From NCBI RefSeq assembly GCF_009914755.1, contig NC_060931.1: DNA of 64,000 nucleotides, one strand, 5' to 3'. The stretch comes from the human T2T-CHM13v2.0 reference genome, Homo sapiens. The notes beneath the pieces are model-generated. The model was not told the DNA's origin, did no database searches, and worked only from the letters and a program-made list of their open reading frames with translations. How positions within the stretch are numbered: position 1 is the stretch's first letter; each line of letters starts with the position of its first letter. The translations under genes were made by a program, and so were the position numbers. This document shows, in pieces, positions 27,488 through 44,300 of this stretch.

Positions 27488-28682
27488 GTCTGGTACTGTA
27501 CACTTAGTAACAAATCACTCTGTTCATTCTGAGGGCTATGAATGGGATCTTGGGACAGTTGACAAAAAGCCAGAAAAGAAAGGTAAGAATTTGTTTTTGT
27601 TTTTTTTTAACCAGGTAAGTTCTCCCAGATAGCTGCCTGTGGTGCCAGATCAAATAAAGGTAGTAAGAGTATTTGTCTTTTTCCCTCCCCAAATTGGGTT
27701 AACAGGTGGGGTTTGGGGAAGGGAGTATGAGAACTAGCTCACTTATGAAATAAGTTAATTGTCTATATTTAACTTTTTAGAGAATTCTGTCTTAAACCCT
27801 TATCCTATCGGTATCTATGAAAAGATACAAAAAGAATATGGCCTAAAAAGTTCCCTTGGCAAGGTTAATAAAAAAGAGAAACAAAGCAGAAATCGGATTT
27901 AAAACAAAGTTAAAATATTTTGTACACTCAAACTGGCTTCCTTGAATTCCCTGAAAAGTTTGCAATGAAGGACATTCCATTTTGTAATCTTGTAGTTAAA
28001 ATGCCATGTTTTTACCACAATGTCCTGGGTTTGATTGCCAGTCAGGGAATCTGTCGCTTGGAAACGTAAGTCCTTTAACTTGGGAGAAGAAACGTTTATT
28101 TAAAAATTGATTTGATGTTTGTGTTACTCTTGACTTTTGGGGTACCCATTTGTTATTAATCCTTTTCCCTTTCGTTTATAGTTTTTGATTTCCTGTCTTC
28201 TGTCTCTATGAGGCACATAAGGCTTTCAGGCCTTTTTGTGTAGATCAGATGAAAAGCTGGGACCCTAGAGAATATGGCTGGACAAAAATGTGGCTTGTAC
28301 CCACTTTGTGACTAGCAAAACATTTCTTTATTTGAGCTGTCTTTGGAGGTGGTTCTGGATCTTTTGAGAATGGCATTGCACCTCCTTGGACACACCTCAC
28401 ACATCCTTGGTTGTTTAGCTGTCTTTGGGGTGGTTCTGCATCTTGTGAGGATCATTTTGCACCTCTTTGGAGATATCTTGTGGTTACTTGGTTAAGTCAA
28501 AACCTTGGTTAAGACTTACTGGTTTTGGTGAGTCACTTGGAAAGTTATCTATGGTTTAAAAGAAAAAGGTTCAAAAGCTAGTAATATTGGCTGTTTTTCC
28601 TGGCTAAAATCTGATAAGATATTTGAAAAGATGTTTTTAAGAGCTGTGTGGTCAAAGTCAGCTTAATTAAAAGCTGATATTT

Positions 28683-28994
<312 letters not shown>

Positions 28995-30962
28995 TCAGGA
29001 GATAGCCAGCTAGCTAGATATGCCTTTCTACTCTTTCTCTTTTGGATTATGTTTCTCTCCTGGGAACTTTTTTTTTTTCAGTCAACTAAACCCCTTTTCA
29101 ATTATGTTTGATCCTTGTTTATCTCTTTTCTTATTGATGTAATTTTTACTGAGAAAAAATGTAAAGTTTCATTGGCCTTCTGGAAAGCTTAACATCGTCT
29201 CAAATTGGGTCCTCTAAGACTTGTTCTCTCATTTATTTCTACTCCTTCTTTTTTTTTGCTACCATTTATATTACATAAATCTATGTTACATTTAGTGACC
29301 CTGAGATCCTTGAGGAACACAGTAAAAGCCACCACATATCCCCTTTTCAGGGTCTTTTATTTTCCTCATGGAGTTCCAAGCATTATGGGCAGGTCTCTCT
29401 CAGGTCTAAAAGCTGTGCTGTCTCTCACATTGAGCATCTCTTTGGTTTTTGAGCGTAGCAGGGGCTAATATGTATTGTAAGAGCACTTGAATTTTGGGTA
29501 TGTGATGGCTGGCAAGTCCCTGGCAAAGCTGCAGTTTTGAAGGTGGGCTGATAGTGGTTGCAGTGAGTGGTTATTACTGTAGATGGCTACTCATTTCTTT
29601 GTGCATTTAGATGAGAAAAGTGAGGGTTGTACACTTGAAGACTGTAGAAACACTTGCCATCAAGCTATAAGGCTCCCATGAGGGATGAGCTGATTAGAGT
29701 GTGTTGATTGGCATGAAGTTGTCCTTGCAGTGAGGTGCACTGTGGAAGCATTACACAGTCCAGTCCTGTGGTGTTTTCTCTTTGTGGGGACCCAGGATTC
29801 AGTGTAAACGTGAGATTCTTGATTTCTGGAGATCTGGATGTTCTGCCTTCCAGCTGCTCCTGCTTTTCACATATGTAAGTGTTAGGTCCTAAAAACTGCA
29901 AATGCTTTGTTGGCCTTACTTGTTAATGCACTTCTTGAGCTCAGTGATTCAGTTAATAAATGGAAGCTAAACCTAAAATCCACCTATATAACTAGATTGG
30001 TCTCCAAAATATGACTTTCCTGCCACTCAGCTGGTTATTTGGAAAGGTTTCTAAACTTTCTCTAGGTTAATCTATGTTTCTTTGTAAAATCCTGTAGTAA
30101 ATTCCTATGATTTTGTTACCTTGATATCCACTTTTAATCGTCTCTAACACAGCCAAATTCTCTCTTAAAAACAACTTAAATTCTCTCTGTGTGCTTTGAG
30201 ATATAAATTTACCACTCTTTTTTCTCCAGTACTAGGTAAGGATTTCATTCCTGTAGGACAGATCAACTTTAACTGGTTCCATTTATAAAGGTACAGTTTA
30301 AATCCATTGTCCTTTTAACCTACTCTGTTTTACTTGTTTCATGGATAAAAAATTAAAATTAAAGCTCTTGCATTTTTACATTTGTCTGTCTTTATTTCTG
30401 TGTATACATGTTTACATGTCTATCTTTATATATTTGTCTTTATATGGTACCAAATTGATAGACATAAATCAGTACTCATAAATTAAGTAAATAAGCCCAA
30501 ATGCTTTGCAAGTTCATGTAACTTTAGTAATCTTTCATATATAAAGCTAGTTTTTAAATTATTTAGATTAAAATGTTTATAAAAATTTAGACACTTTTGC
30601 CTGAGCCTACTGGTCAGACTAATTTATTCTGTCTCTGCTAGATTTTTAACATCATAAAACTATTGTTTATGAGATATTTTTGATAGTTGCCTAATTTGTC
30701 TATAAGCTTATGTCTTTGGTTTTAAGTCTTTAGGTTCTGGGGTATAGACAGGAGACCACAGTTAGACCTGGAAATATATGTGTGTCTACAGTGCCTGGGT
30801 CATTAGCTGCAGTGCATGGCCAACTCCAATATGGCCCCGTATTTCCTGGTCCAGCTGTGTCTTCTGACCATTTTCAGAGGGATTGGATCCTACAGGCATT
30901 GTCTTTAGAGCTCTGTCCTCTGTCCTAAGTTCTGCACTTGATACTTAAAAATTAAAATTACT

Positions 30963-31272
<310 letters not shown>

Positions 31273-31862
31273 TTAAAATTACTTACTTCTTTGGTTTTTC
31301 AATAAAAATTAGCCTTACTGAGAGTTAACATTGAAGTTAATATATGTAATTAAAATTACTAGATATAGAGAAAACAATTCTGTATATGAAATATACAAAA
31401 ATGTAAGATGTTTTTGATAAGTTATAAAAGGATATAAAAATGTGATTTTTCTTTAAAAAGTGATTTTCTTTCATTTAGAGGTTGTTTAAAGGTTGTTTTA
31501 AATCAAAGAAATAAAAAGTGATAGATAAAACTGAATATATTTAAATTGATAAAAGAAAAAGAATTAAAATTTGTAAAAGATTATAAAAGGTGTATAAAAT
31601 CATGTATGTTCAAAGATGATTCAGATGGGATACATTTGTTTATAAGGTTTTGTTAAAATTAGCTTTAGTATTAATAATGTGCTAGTGAAAAGGTAAAATT
31701 TGGCTTTCTCTTTTAAATAAGATTGTCATGTAATAGTAATAAAAATAGTAAAATACTTTTGGAAGCCTTTTGATTATAAAGACAAAAACAGCAATAAGTG
31801 GGGAGAGTTTGCTTCATGTTGTCTTTATTCTTTTGATTGGTTGGTTGGAAAACTGAGTCTCC

Positions 31863-32300
31863 TGATATGGTTTGGCTTTGTCCCCACCCAAATCTCATCT
31901 TGACTTGTAGTTCTCATAATCTCCACATGTCGTGGGAGGGACCTGGTGGTAAGTAATTGAATCATGAGGTGGGTTACCCCCATGCTATTCTAGTGATAGC
32001 AAGTGAGTTCTCATGACAGCTGATGGTTTTATAAGGGTTTTTTCTCTCCTTTGTTCAGCACTTCTCCTTCCTGCAGCCATGTGAAAAAGGACGTTTGCTT
32101 CCCTTTCCACCATGATTTTAAGTTTCCAGAAGCCTCCCCAGCCATGCTGAACTGTGAGTCAATTAAACCTTTTTCCTTTATAAATTAGCCAGTATTGAGT
32201 TATATAACTTGTAAAGTATGTAAATTATACTTGGCTAATTAATAAATTAGCCAAATTAGCTAATATGTCTTTATTAGTAGCATGAGAATGGACTAATATA
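31863..32300 (+). mobile_element. THE1C/D-type MaLR solo LTR with a ~63-bp internal insertion
   Basis: TGATATGGTTTGGCT...GGACTAATATA; TSD TCTCC/CCTCC. Confidence 0.9.
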
Positions 32301-32541
32301 CCTCCCTATCAATGAGTAAAGTTTTTTTGTTTGTTTTATTTTGTCTTTTTGTTTTTTGAAAATGTTTAATTATCACTTTAGCTAAATAAATGACTTATTT
32401 TACAGTGACCTGCAATCCTATTTTTCATCAAGTTTATTAAACTTTTTATATTTGACAAGCTTCTCAAACTCATATTTCAAATTCTAAATTAAGTCTTTTT
32501 GACCTTGAGCCAACTTTTGAACATTTCAAAAAGAGACCCCA

Positions 32542-32919
32542 TGATATGGTTTGGCTCTGTGTCTCCACCTAAATCTCACCTTGAATTGTAATCCTCATAA
32601 TCCCCATGTTTCAAGGTCAAGACAAGGTGGAGGTAATTCGATCATGGGGGCAGCTTCCCGAATGCTGTTGTTGTGAGAATGAGTAAGTCTCATGAGATCT
32701 GATGGTTTTATAAGGATCTGGCATTTCCTCTGCTTGCACTCACTCCATCCTGCCACACTGTGAAGAAGATGCCTGCTTCTCCTTTCCCTTCTGCCATGAT
32801 TATAAATTTCCTGAGGCCTGCCCAGCAATGTGGAACTGTAAGTCAATTAAACCTCTTTCCTTTATAAATTACCCAGTCTCTAGTATTTCTTTGTAGCAGT
32901 GTGAGAATGGAGTAATATA
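32542..32919 (+). mobile_element. MSTA/THE1-type MaLR solo LTR
   Basis: TGATATGGTTTGGCTCTGTGTC...GAGTAATATA; flanks CCCCA/CCCTG consistent with a CpG-decayed CCCCG TSD. Confidence 0.9.
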
Positions 32920-34273
32920 CCCTGGAAGTCCAAGAGAGACATATTAGGTTTACTTGTTGCATATGAGAGACATTGTCAAATAAGAAAAGACATTTAACCT
33001 TTTCTTGAGTGGATGTTATTAATATGTGCTCTAAATTATAAGATATCTAAAAAGTCTGATATGTCTTGGTATGTATTATCAGTCATAATTATGATTACTA
33101 TGTTAAATTACTGTAGATCACAGAAAAAGTAACCAAATTTATTTGCCAATTGTATCTTTAACCATGGCTATACTAGGTCTTTTGTAATCCACAGGAAATT
33201 ACTATCTTACTTTGATTCTTCTAAGAAAAGTGGTTGGGGGGAGGAGCCAAGATGGCGGAATAGGAACAGCTCCGGTCTACAGCACCCAGCATGAGGGATG
33301 CAGAAGACGGGTGATTTCTGCATTTCCATCTGAGGTACCCGGTTCATCTCACTAGGGAGTGCCAGACAGTGGGTGCAGGTCAGTGGGTGCAGCGCACCGT
33401 GTGTGAGCCGAAGCAGGGCGAGGCATTGCCTCACTCAGGAAGTGCAAAAGGTCAGGGAGTTCCCTTTCCTAGTCAAAGAAAGGGGTGACAGACAGCACCT
33501 GGAAAATCGGATCACTCCCACCCGAATACTGCGCTTTTCCGACAGGCTTAAAAAACGGCGCACCAGGAGATTATATCCTGCACCTGGCTCGGAGGGTCCT
33601 ACACCCATGGAGTCTCACTGATTGCTAGCACAGCAATCTGAGATCAAACTGCAAGGCGGCAGTGAGGCTGGGGGAGGGGTGCCCGCCATTGCCTAGCCTT
33701 GCTTAGGTAAACAAAGCAGCTGGGAAGCTCCAACTGGGTGGAGCCCACCACAGCTCAAGAAGGCCTGCCTGCCTTTATAGGCTCCACCTCTGGGGGCAGG
33801 GCACAGACAAACAAAAAGACAGCAGTAACCGCTGCAGACTTAAATGTCCCTGTCTGACAGCTTTGAAGAGAGCAGTGGTGCTCCCAGCACTCAGCTGGAG
33901 ATCTGAGAATGGGCAGACTGCCTCCTCAAGTGGGTCCCTGACCCCTGACCCCTGAGCAGCCTAACTGGGAGGCACCCCCCAGTAGGGGCAGACTGATACC
34001 TCACACGGGCGGGTACTCCTCTGAGACAAAACTTCCAGAGGAACGATCAGACAGCAGCATTCGCAGTTCACGAAAAAACCACTGTTCTGCAGACACCGCC
34101 GCTGATACCCAGGCAAACAGGGTCCGGAGTGGACCTCTAGCAAACTCCAACAGACCTGCAGCTGAGGGTCCCGTCTGTTAAAAGGAAAACTAACAAACAG
34201 AAAGGACATCCACACCAAAAACCCATCTGTACATCACCATCATCAAAGATCAAAAGTAGATAAAACCACAAAG

Positions 34274-35284
34274 ATGGGGAAAAAACAGAGCAGAAAAACT
34301 GGAAACTCTAAAAAGCAGAGCACCTCTCCTCCTCCAAAGGATTGCAGTTCCTCACCAGCAATGGAACAAAGCTGGACAGAGAATGACTTTGACGAATTGA
34401 GAGAAGAAGGCTTCAGATGATCAAACTACGAGCTACCAGAGGAAATTCAAACCAAAGGCAAAGAAGTTAAAAACTTTGAAAAAAATTTAGACGAATGTAT
34501 AACTAGAATAACCAATACAGAGAAGTGCTTAAAGGAGCTGATGGAGCTGAAAGCCAAGGCTCGAGAACTACATGAAGAATGCAGAAGCCTCAGGAGCCGA
34601 TGTGATCAACTGGAAGAAAGGGTATCAGCGATGGAAGGTGAAATGAATGAAATGAAGCGAGAAGGGAAGTTTAGAGAAAAAAGAATAAAAAGAAATGAAC
34701 AAAGCCTCCAAGAAATATGGGACTATGTGAAAAGACCAAATCTACATCTGATTGGTGTACCTGAAAGTGACGGGGAGAATGGAACCAAGTTGGAAAACAC
34801 TCTGCAGGATATTACCCAGAACTTCCCCAATCTAGCAAGGCAGGCCAACATTCAGATTCAGGAAATAGAGAGAACGCCACAAAGATACTCCTTGAGAAGA
34901 GCAACTCCAAGACACATAATTGTCAGATTCACCAAAGTTGAAACGAAGGAAAAAATGTTAAGGGCAGCCAGAGAGAAAGGTCAGGTTACCCTCAAAGGGA
35001 AGCCCATCAGACTAACAGCTGATGTCTCAGCAGAAACTCTACAAGCCAGAAGAGAGTGGGGGCCAATATTCAACATTCTTAAAGAAAAGAATTTGCAACC
35101 CAGAATTTCATATCCAGCCAAACTAAGCTTCATAAGTGAAGGAGAAATAAAATCCTTTACAGACAAGCAAATGCTGAGAGATTTTGTCACCACCAGGCCT
35201 GCCCTAAAAGAGCTCCTGAAGGAAGCGTTAAACATGGAAAGGAACAACCGGTACCAGCCGCTGCAAAATCATGCCAAAATGTAA
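34274..35284 (+). pseudogene. L1 ORF1, disrupted
   Basis: ATGGGGAAAAAACAG start; TGA at codon 49 (34418-34420); two single-codon deletions; rest open to ...NHAKM*. Confidence 0.92.
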
Positions 35285-35347
35285 AGACCATCGAGACTAG
35301 GAAGAAACTGCATCAACTAACGAGCAAAATATCCAGCTAACATCATA

Positions 35348-39171
<3,824 letters not shown>

Positions 39172-40430
39172 ACAATGAGAACACATGGACACAGGAAGGG
39201 GAGCATCACACTCTGGGGACTGTTGTGGGGTGGGGGGAGCAGGGAGGGATAGCACTGGGGGATACACCTAATGCTAGATGATGAGTTAGTGGGTGCAGCA
39301 TACCAGCATGTCACATGTATACATATGTAACTAACCTGCGCATTGTCACATGTACCCTAAAACTTAAAGTATAATAATAAAAAAAAAAGAAAAGTGGTTT
39401 ATAATTGGATACAGTTTAATACTTGCTTTTTCTTCAAGGAAATTTATGGAAAGAGCCCTGACAAGTATTTTTGGTTACAGGTTTCTGATAACATTGGAAA
39501 TTATACCATTGGACTACTTAAAAACTTCCAAAACTTGACTTTAAAAAATACTGATTGATGGGTTCATGAAGATTGCTAACTCAACATCGAGCAGAACAAT
39601 AATTAAGTACATGAAAATGAACTGATGATAGACTAATATAATTTTGATGACTTCCTTTTATTTAAAACATGCTGATTCTTTTTGTTTTGTTTTCTAGGGT
39701 CAAGAAAACTTTTTTTCTCTTAAGCTATTTATAGCTTACAGCAACTGGGTAAATAAAATATACTTTTATGAGAAAGGTTAAAATATTTAACTTTCTATCT
39801 GATTTTTCTAGAATTCAGAGACTATTCATGAGTACTCTTATTTGTGGAAATATAGTTATTGGCAAAAATTCAATAAGAATCTCTTTTATTTTGTAACAAG
39901 ACTATTTATTTTACTGAGGCTTTGATTGGAATGTCATATTTTTAGATATGATCAGAATGTTTTCAGGGATTGAGGTTGACTTTATAAAACCAATATACTT
40001 AGAAAAATACTGGGCGGGTACCTTGTGTACACAGTTTCTTTATAGGGTTCTTGACCTGTGCTGAGTAAAGAATGTTTTCTGACAGGCCCAGAAAACCCAA
40101 GCTACTTTGGAGACCTAAAGAAGAGAGATAAATTAATTCAACTGATACAGGTATTATATGCATAGTCTGATGGTAAATTCTTGGCTTAGCTTCATAACCT
40201 TGAGAGGCTTTTAAAAGTCTAATCTGAGATTCTTTGTGAAAGTTTCAGTAAACCCAATGTACAAAGAGCCAATTTGGCCAAATATTATTCTTACTACACT
40301 TTATGCAAATAATCAAGGCAAGTATAATAAGACTAAAATTTACTTTACAAATAAATTGGTTCTACTATGATTTATCTTTTGTAGAAATGGGAAACTAGAG
40401 TGAGAAAAATTATGTTTCAAAATAAAACTA

Positions 40431-40711
<281 letters not shown>

Positions 40712-41341
40712 TTATTAGCTTCTATCCCCATCTGTAATTTGTAAGTTTTTATTATTTACCTACAGTCTGGTCTAAATTTTAGATTTTTACTTCTTTCGTA
40801 TATTTGGTTTTGACTCTCCAGACCTACATTTCCAATTTTTCTTCCACATTTCTGACCTAAAATCACTAGAAATTTAAAAATGTGTTTTTGTTATAGCCCT
40901 ACAAACTAAAGCTGCACAACTTGATATGAACTTTGGGAGAAATCACTCTAGTAACCTATATAGACAGATGTCCTTCATGCCTATAAAATAGGGACTCCTA
41001 AAGAATTTCACTGACACACCTGATCCAAACTACAATTTAAATAACTCTGCCAGATTGCAACTTTAACTAAAAATGCTTCTGATTAAAAAAAAAAACTAGC
41101 TCATAAACCACTCCAGACAACTATCTTTATCTTTTGCATCCATAAAAATGTCTCTGAACTTAATACTTGTTTGCCTACACAATATAGAGGCCTTACTTTA
41201 ATAGAAACCTACCTATAACATCATCATCTAAAATGAGACACAGCTGTTTAAGAAAATTATTCTCAGAACTAAGAGACTGATTCAAGATCTCAGATCATGT
41301 AGTTCAATTTGTTCTTTCAACTGGTTCTATATTGTCTCCCG

Positions 41342-44300
41342 TGTGCTAGGGTGTTTTTGCATTGCTTTAAAGGAATATCTGAGATTGGGTAATTTATAAA
41401 GAAAAGAGGTTTATTTGGCCAACAGTGTTGCAGGCTGTACATGGCACTGGCATCTCCTTGGCTTCTGGGGAGGCCTTAGGGAGTTTTTACTTATGGCAGA
41501 AGGTGAAGCAGGAGCAGGCACATCACAGGGCAAGAGAAGGAGCAAGAGAGTAAGGGGGAAGATGCCACACTCTTTTAAACATCCAGATCTCATGAGAACT
41601 CACTCAGTAGGCAAGGACAGAACCAAGAGGATGGTGCCAAGCTAATAATGAGAAATCTGCCCCAGTGATCCAATCACTTCCCAAAAGGCCCCACCTCCAA
41701 CATTGGTGATTATAATTCAATATGAGATTTAGAAAGGATAACATCCAAACTATATCATTCTGCCCTAGGCCCTCAAATCTCAAGTCTTTATGACATTTCA
41801 AAATACAATCATTCCTTCTCAATAGCCCTCCAAAGTCTTAACTCATCCCCGCATTAACTCAAAAGTCTGAAGTCCAAAATCTCATCTGAGACTCAAGGCA
41901 TGTTCCTTCCACCTATGCATCTGTAAATAAAACAAACAAACAAACAAAAAACGAGTATTTTACTTTCAAGATACAATGGCGATATGGGCATTGGGTAAAC
42001 ATTACCATTCTAAAAGGAAGAAATTGGCCAAAAGAAAGGAGCTACAGGCTTCACAGAAGTCTGAAACCCAGCAGAGCAATCATTAAATCTTAAAGCTCCA
42101 AAATAGCCTTCTATGACTCCATGTCTCACATCCAGTGCACAGTGGTGCAAGAGGTGGGCTCCCAATGCCTTGGGCAGCTCTACTTCTTGGCTTTTCTAGG
42201 CTCAGGATGCAAGCTGCTGTTGGATCTATTATTCTAGGGTCTGGAAGGTGACAGCCCACCTCCCATAGTTCCACTAGCCAGTGCCCCATTGGGGACTCTG
42301 TGTGGGGGCTGCAACCCTATCTTTCCCCTTGGCACCACCCTTGTAGAGTATTTCTATGAAGGCTATGCCCCTGCAACAGGTTTCTTCCTGGAAACCCAGG
42401 TTTGTTTTTTTTTTTACATCCTCTGAAATCTATGTGGAGGCTGCCAATGCTCCTTCACTCTTGTATTCTGAGTTCCTATTAACATCATATGAAAACTGCC
42501 AAGGCTGACAGCTTGCACCTTCCAGAGCTGTGGTCCATGCTATACCTGGGGCCTTTTGACCCAAGGCTTCAGGATGCAAGAAGCAGCCTGCTGTGGTGGT
42601 GCAGGGTGGTAGTACCCCAGGGCCAGCCCACAAAACCATTCAGTCCTCCTAAGCCTCTGAGACAGTGATGGGAGGGGCTGCCTAGAAAATCTCTGAAATA
42701 CTTTCAAGGCCTTTTCCCATTGTCTTGTCTGTTAACACTTGGCTTCTTTTAGTCACGCAAATCTCTAGCAACTGGTTGCTCCAAAGCTTGCCTGATTTCC
42801 TCTCCTGTTAATGCTTTTTGTTTTACTCTGCCACATGGCCAGCCAGCAAATTTTCCAAACTTTTACACTCTGCTTCCCCTTTAAATATAAATTCAAACTT
42901 TTAGGCATTTCTTTGCTCCTGCATCTGAGCATATGTTGTTAGAAGTAGGTCATATCTTGAATGCTTTTCTGTTTAGAAATTTCTTCCACCAGATACCCTA
43001 AGTCATCATTCTTAAGTTCAAACTTCTACAGATCCCTAGGCATGAGTAGAATGCAGCAAAGCTTTTTGCTAAGACATACCATAGCTGACCTTTGCTCCAT
43101 TTCCCAGTAAGTTCCTTATTTTCATCTGAGACCTTGTCAGCCTGGACTTCACTGTCCATATCAGCATCAGCATTTTGGTCAAAACCATTTAACCAGTCTC
43201 TAAGAAGTTCCAAACTTTCCATCATGTTCCTGTCTTCTCTGAGCTCTCCAAACTCTGCCAACCACTGTTTATTACCCAGTTCTAAAGATGCTTCCATATT
43301 TTTAGGTATGTTTGTAGCAGTTCCCCACTCCTCAGTACCAAATTTCTGTGATAGGCTGTATTAGTCCATTCTCCCATTGCTATAAAGAAATACCTGAGAC
43401 TAGGTAATTTATAAAGAAAAATAGGTTTAATCAGCTCACAGTTCCACAGGCTGTACAGGAAACATAATGCTGGCATCTGTTTGGCTTCTGAGGAAGCTTC
43501 AGGAAACTTACAATAATGATGAAAGGTGAAAAGGAGCCCACACTTCACATGGCCAGAGCAGGAGGAAGAGAAAGATAGGGAGATGCCACACACTTTTAAA
43601 CAACCAGATTTCATGAGAACTCCATCATGAGAATAGCACCAAAGGGATGGTGCTAAACCACTCATGAAGGATGCACCCCCATGATCTAATCAACTCCCAC
43701 CAGGTTCCACCTCCAACATTGGGGATTACAATTTCACATGAGATTTGGGTGGAGACACAGATCCAAACCATATCATTCCACCTTGGTTGCTGCCAAATCT
43801 CATGTCCTTTTCACTTCGTAAAATCCCAACATCCCCCAAAGTCATAACTCATTCCAGCATTAATTCAAAAGTCCAAAGTCCAAAGTCTCATCTGAGACAA
43901 AGCTAGTCCCTTCTGCTGATGAGCCAGTAAGATAAAAAACAAGTTAGTTACACCCAAGATACAATGGGGGTATAGGCATTGGGAAAATAATCTCATTCCA
44001 AAAGGGAGAAATTGGCCAAACAAAGGGGGCTGCAGATCTCATGCAAGTCCAAAATCCAGCAGGGCAGTCATTAAATCTTAAAGGTTCAAAGTAATTTCCT
44101 TTGACTGCACATCCCATATTCAGGACACACAGATGCAAGGGGTGGGCTCCCAAGGTCTTGGGCAGCTCTGCCCCTGTGGCTTTGTAGGGTTTAGCTCCCA
44201 TGGTTGCTCTCAAAGGCTAGTGTTGAGTGCCTGTGGCTTTTCTGGGCACATGGTGCAAGCTGCCAGTGGATCTACCATTCTGGGGTCTGGAGGCTGTGGT

